Made by a program: the position numbers and the translations under genes. Of a stretch of 64,000 bases of DNA, positions 63,659-64,000 are shown piece after piece. This DNA is from an uncultured Candidatus Cloacimonadota bacterium (GTDB lineage Bacteria > Cloacimonadota > Cloacimonadia > Cloacimonadales > TCS61), in assembly GCA_964604155.1 (NCBI GenBank), contig CAZRXY010000014.1, forward strand, positions 989 to 64,988, in the 5' to 3' direction. Under the pieces are notes generated by a model that ran no database searches, was not told where the DNA came from, and saw only the letters and a program-made list of their open reading frames with translations. Within the stretch, counting starts at the first letter, position 1; every line of letters starts with the position of its first letter.

Positions 63659-64000
63659 AATTCCGCTCCGGTTTCCTTTATCTTAGCTATGATGTCTTCT
63701 TTGGAAAGAAAGCCTTCATGACGCCAGTACTGCTTGCCAGCCTGATCAAAGAAGATTTGCGTAGGGATAACGCGCACCTGGTATTCATTACCAAGATCAC
63801 GATAATCTGCAATTTCCAGTATAAGTATATTTGCTTTGCCTTCTAATTCTTCTTCCAATTCAGCAAATATTGGCTTCATCATTTTGCAGGGGATGCAGTT
63901 ATCCGCCCCTAAATCAAGTACCGTAGGTAAACCGTTCCCCAGAACCTTCGTCAGCGGATTCTGGGGACGCGATGCTTTCTGCTCAGCTACCCAGGCTTCA
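63655..64000 (-). CDS. Thioredoxin family protein, 5' end outside the window
   Basis: Frame open from the window edge: ...LPTVLDLGADNCIPCKMMKP...IPTQIFFD...RHEGF. Confidence 0.88.
   Translation of the reverse strand, partial: EAWVAEQKASRPQNPLTKVLGNGLPTVLDLGADNCIPCKMMKPIFAELEEELEGKANILILEIADYRDLGNEYQVRVIPTQIFFDQAGKQYWRHEGFLSKEDIIAKIKETGAEL

Overview
Gene-dense, moderately AT-rich bacterial chromosome segment, most likely Candidatus Cloacimonadota (inferred from several acidic secreted proteins ending in an 'NYPNPFNP...YNxKGQ...WDG...K(M/L)LLxK' FlgD-Ig/T9SS-type tail). Housekeeping and metabolic genes: class II photolyase, murI, pyrG, a Lol-like ABC exporter operon, clpB with a CIRCE site, thyX, deoC, malQ, a GH31 glucosidase, tRNA-Pro(CGG) and an Acr3/CcdA/thioredoxin cluster. 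Highlights: (1) three genes with in-frame UGA codons that the ORF track splits, each followed by a SECIS-like hairpin of near-identical geometry: selD (U15), a signal-peptide-bearing beta-helix protein at the left edge (C-D-Y-G-U), and a small CC/Se-motif-like protein with two consecutive UGA codons; (2) an operon joining HdrA(-degenerate MvhD)/HdrC/HdrB to a soluble, anchor-less fumarate reductase/succinate dehydrogenase pair, facing a malic enzyme-fumarase-sucCD operon; (3) a 403-bp IS21-like non-autonomous element carrying a promoter, a structured RNA and a terminator; (4) a dispersed repeat end (GGGGGTATGCCAG-like) found six times 14-20 bp upstream of a TTGACA box. All family assignments come from motif recognition by eye; no searches were run.
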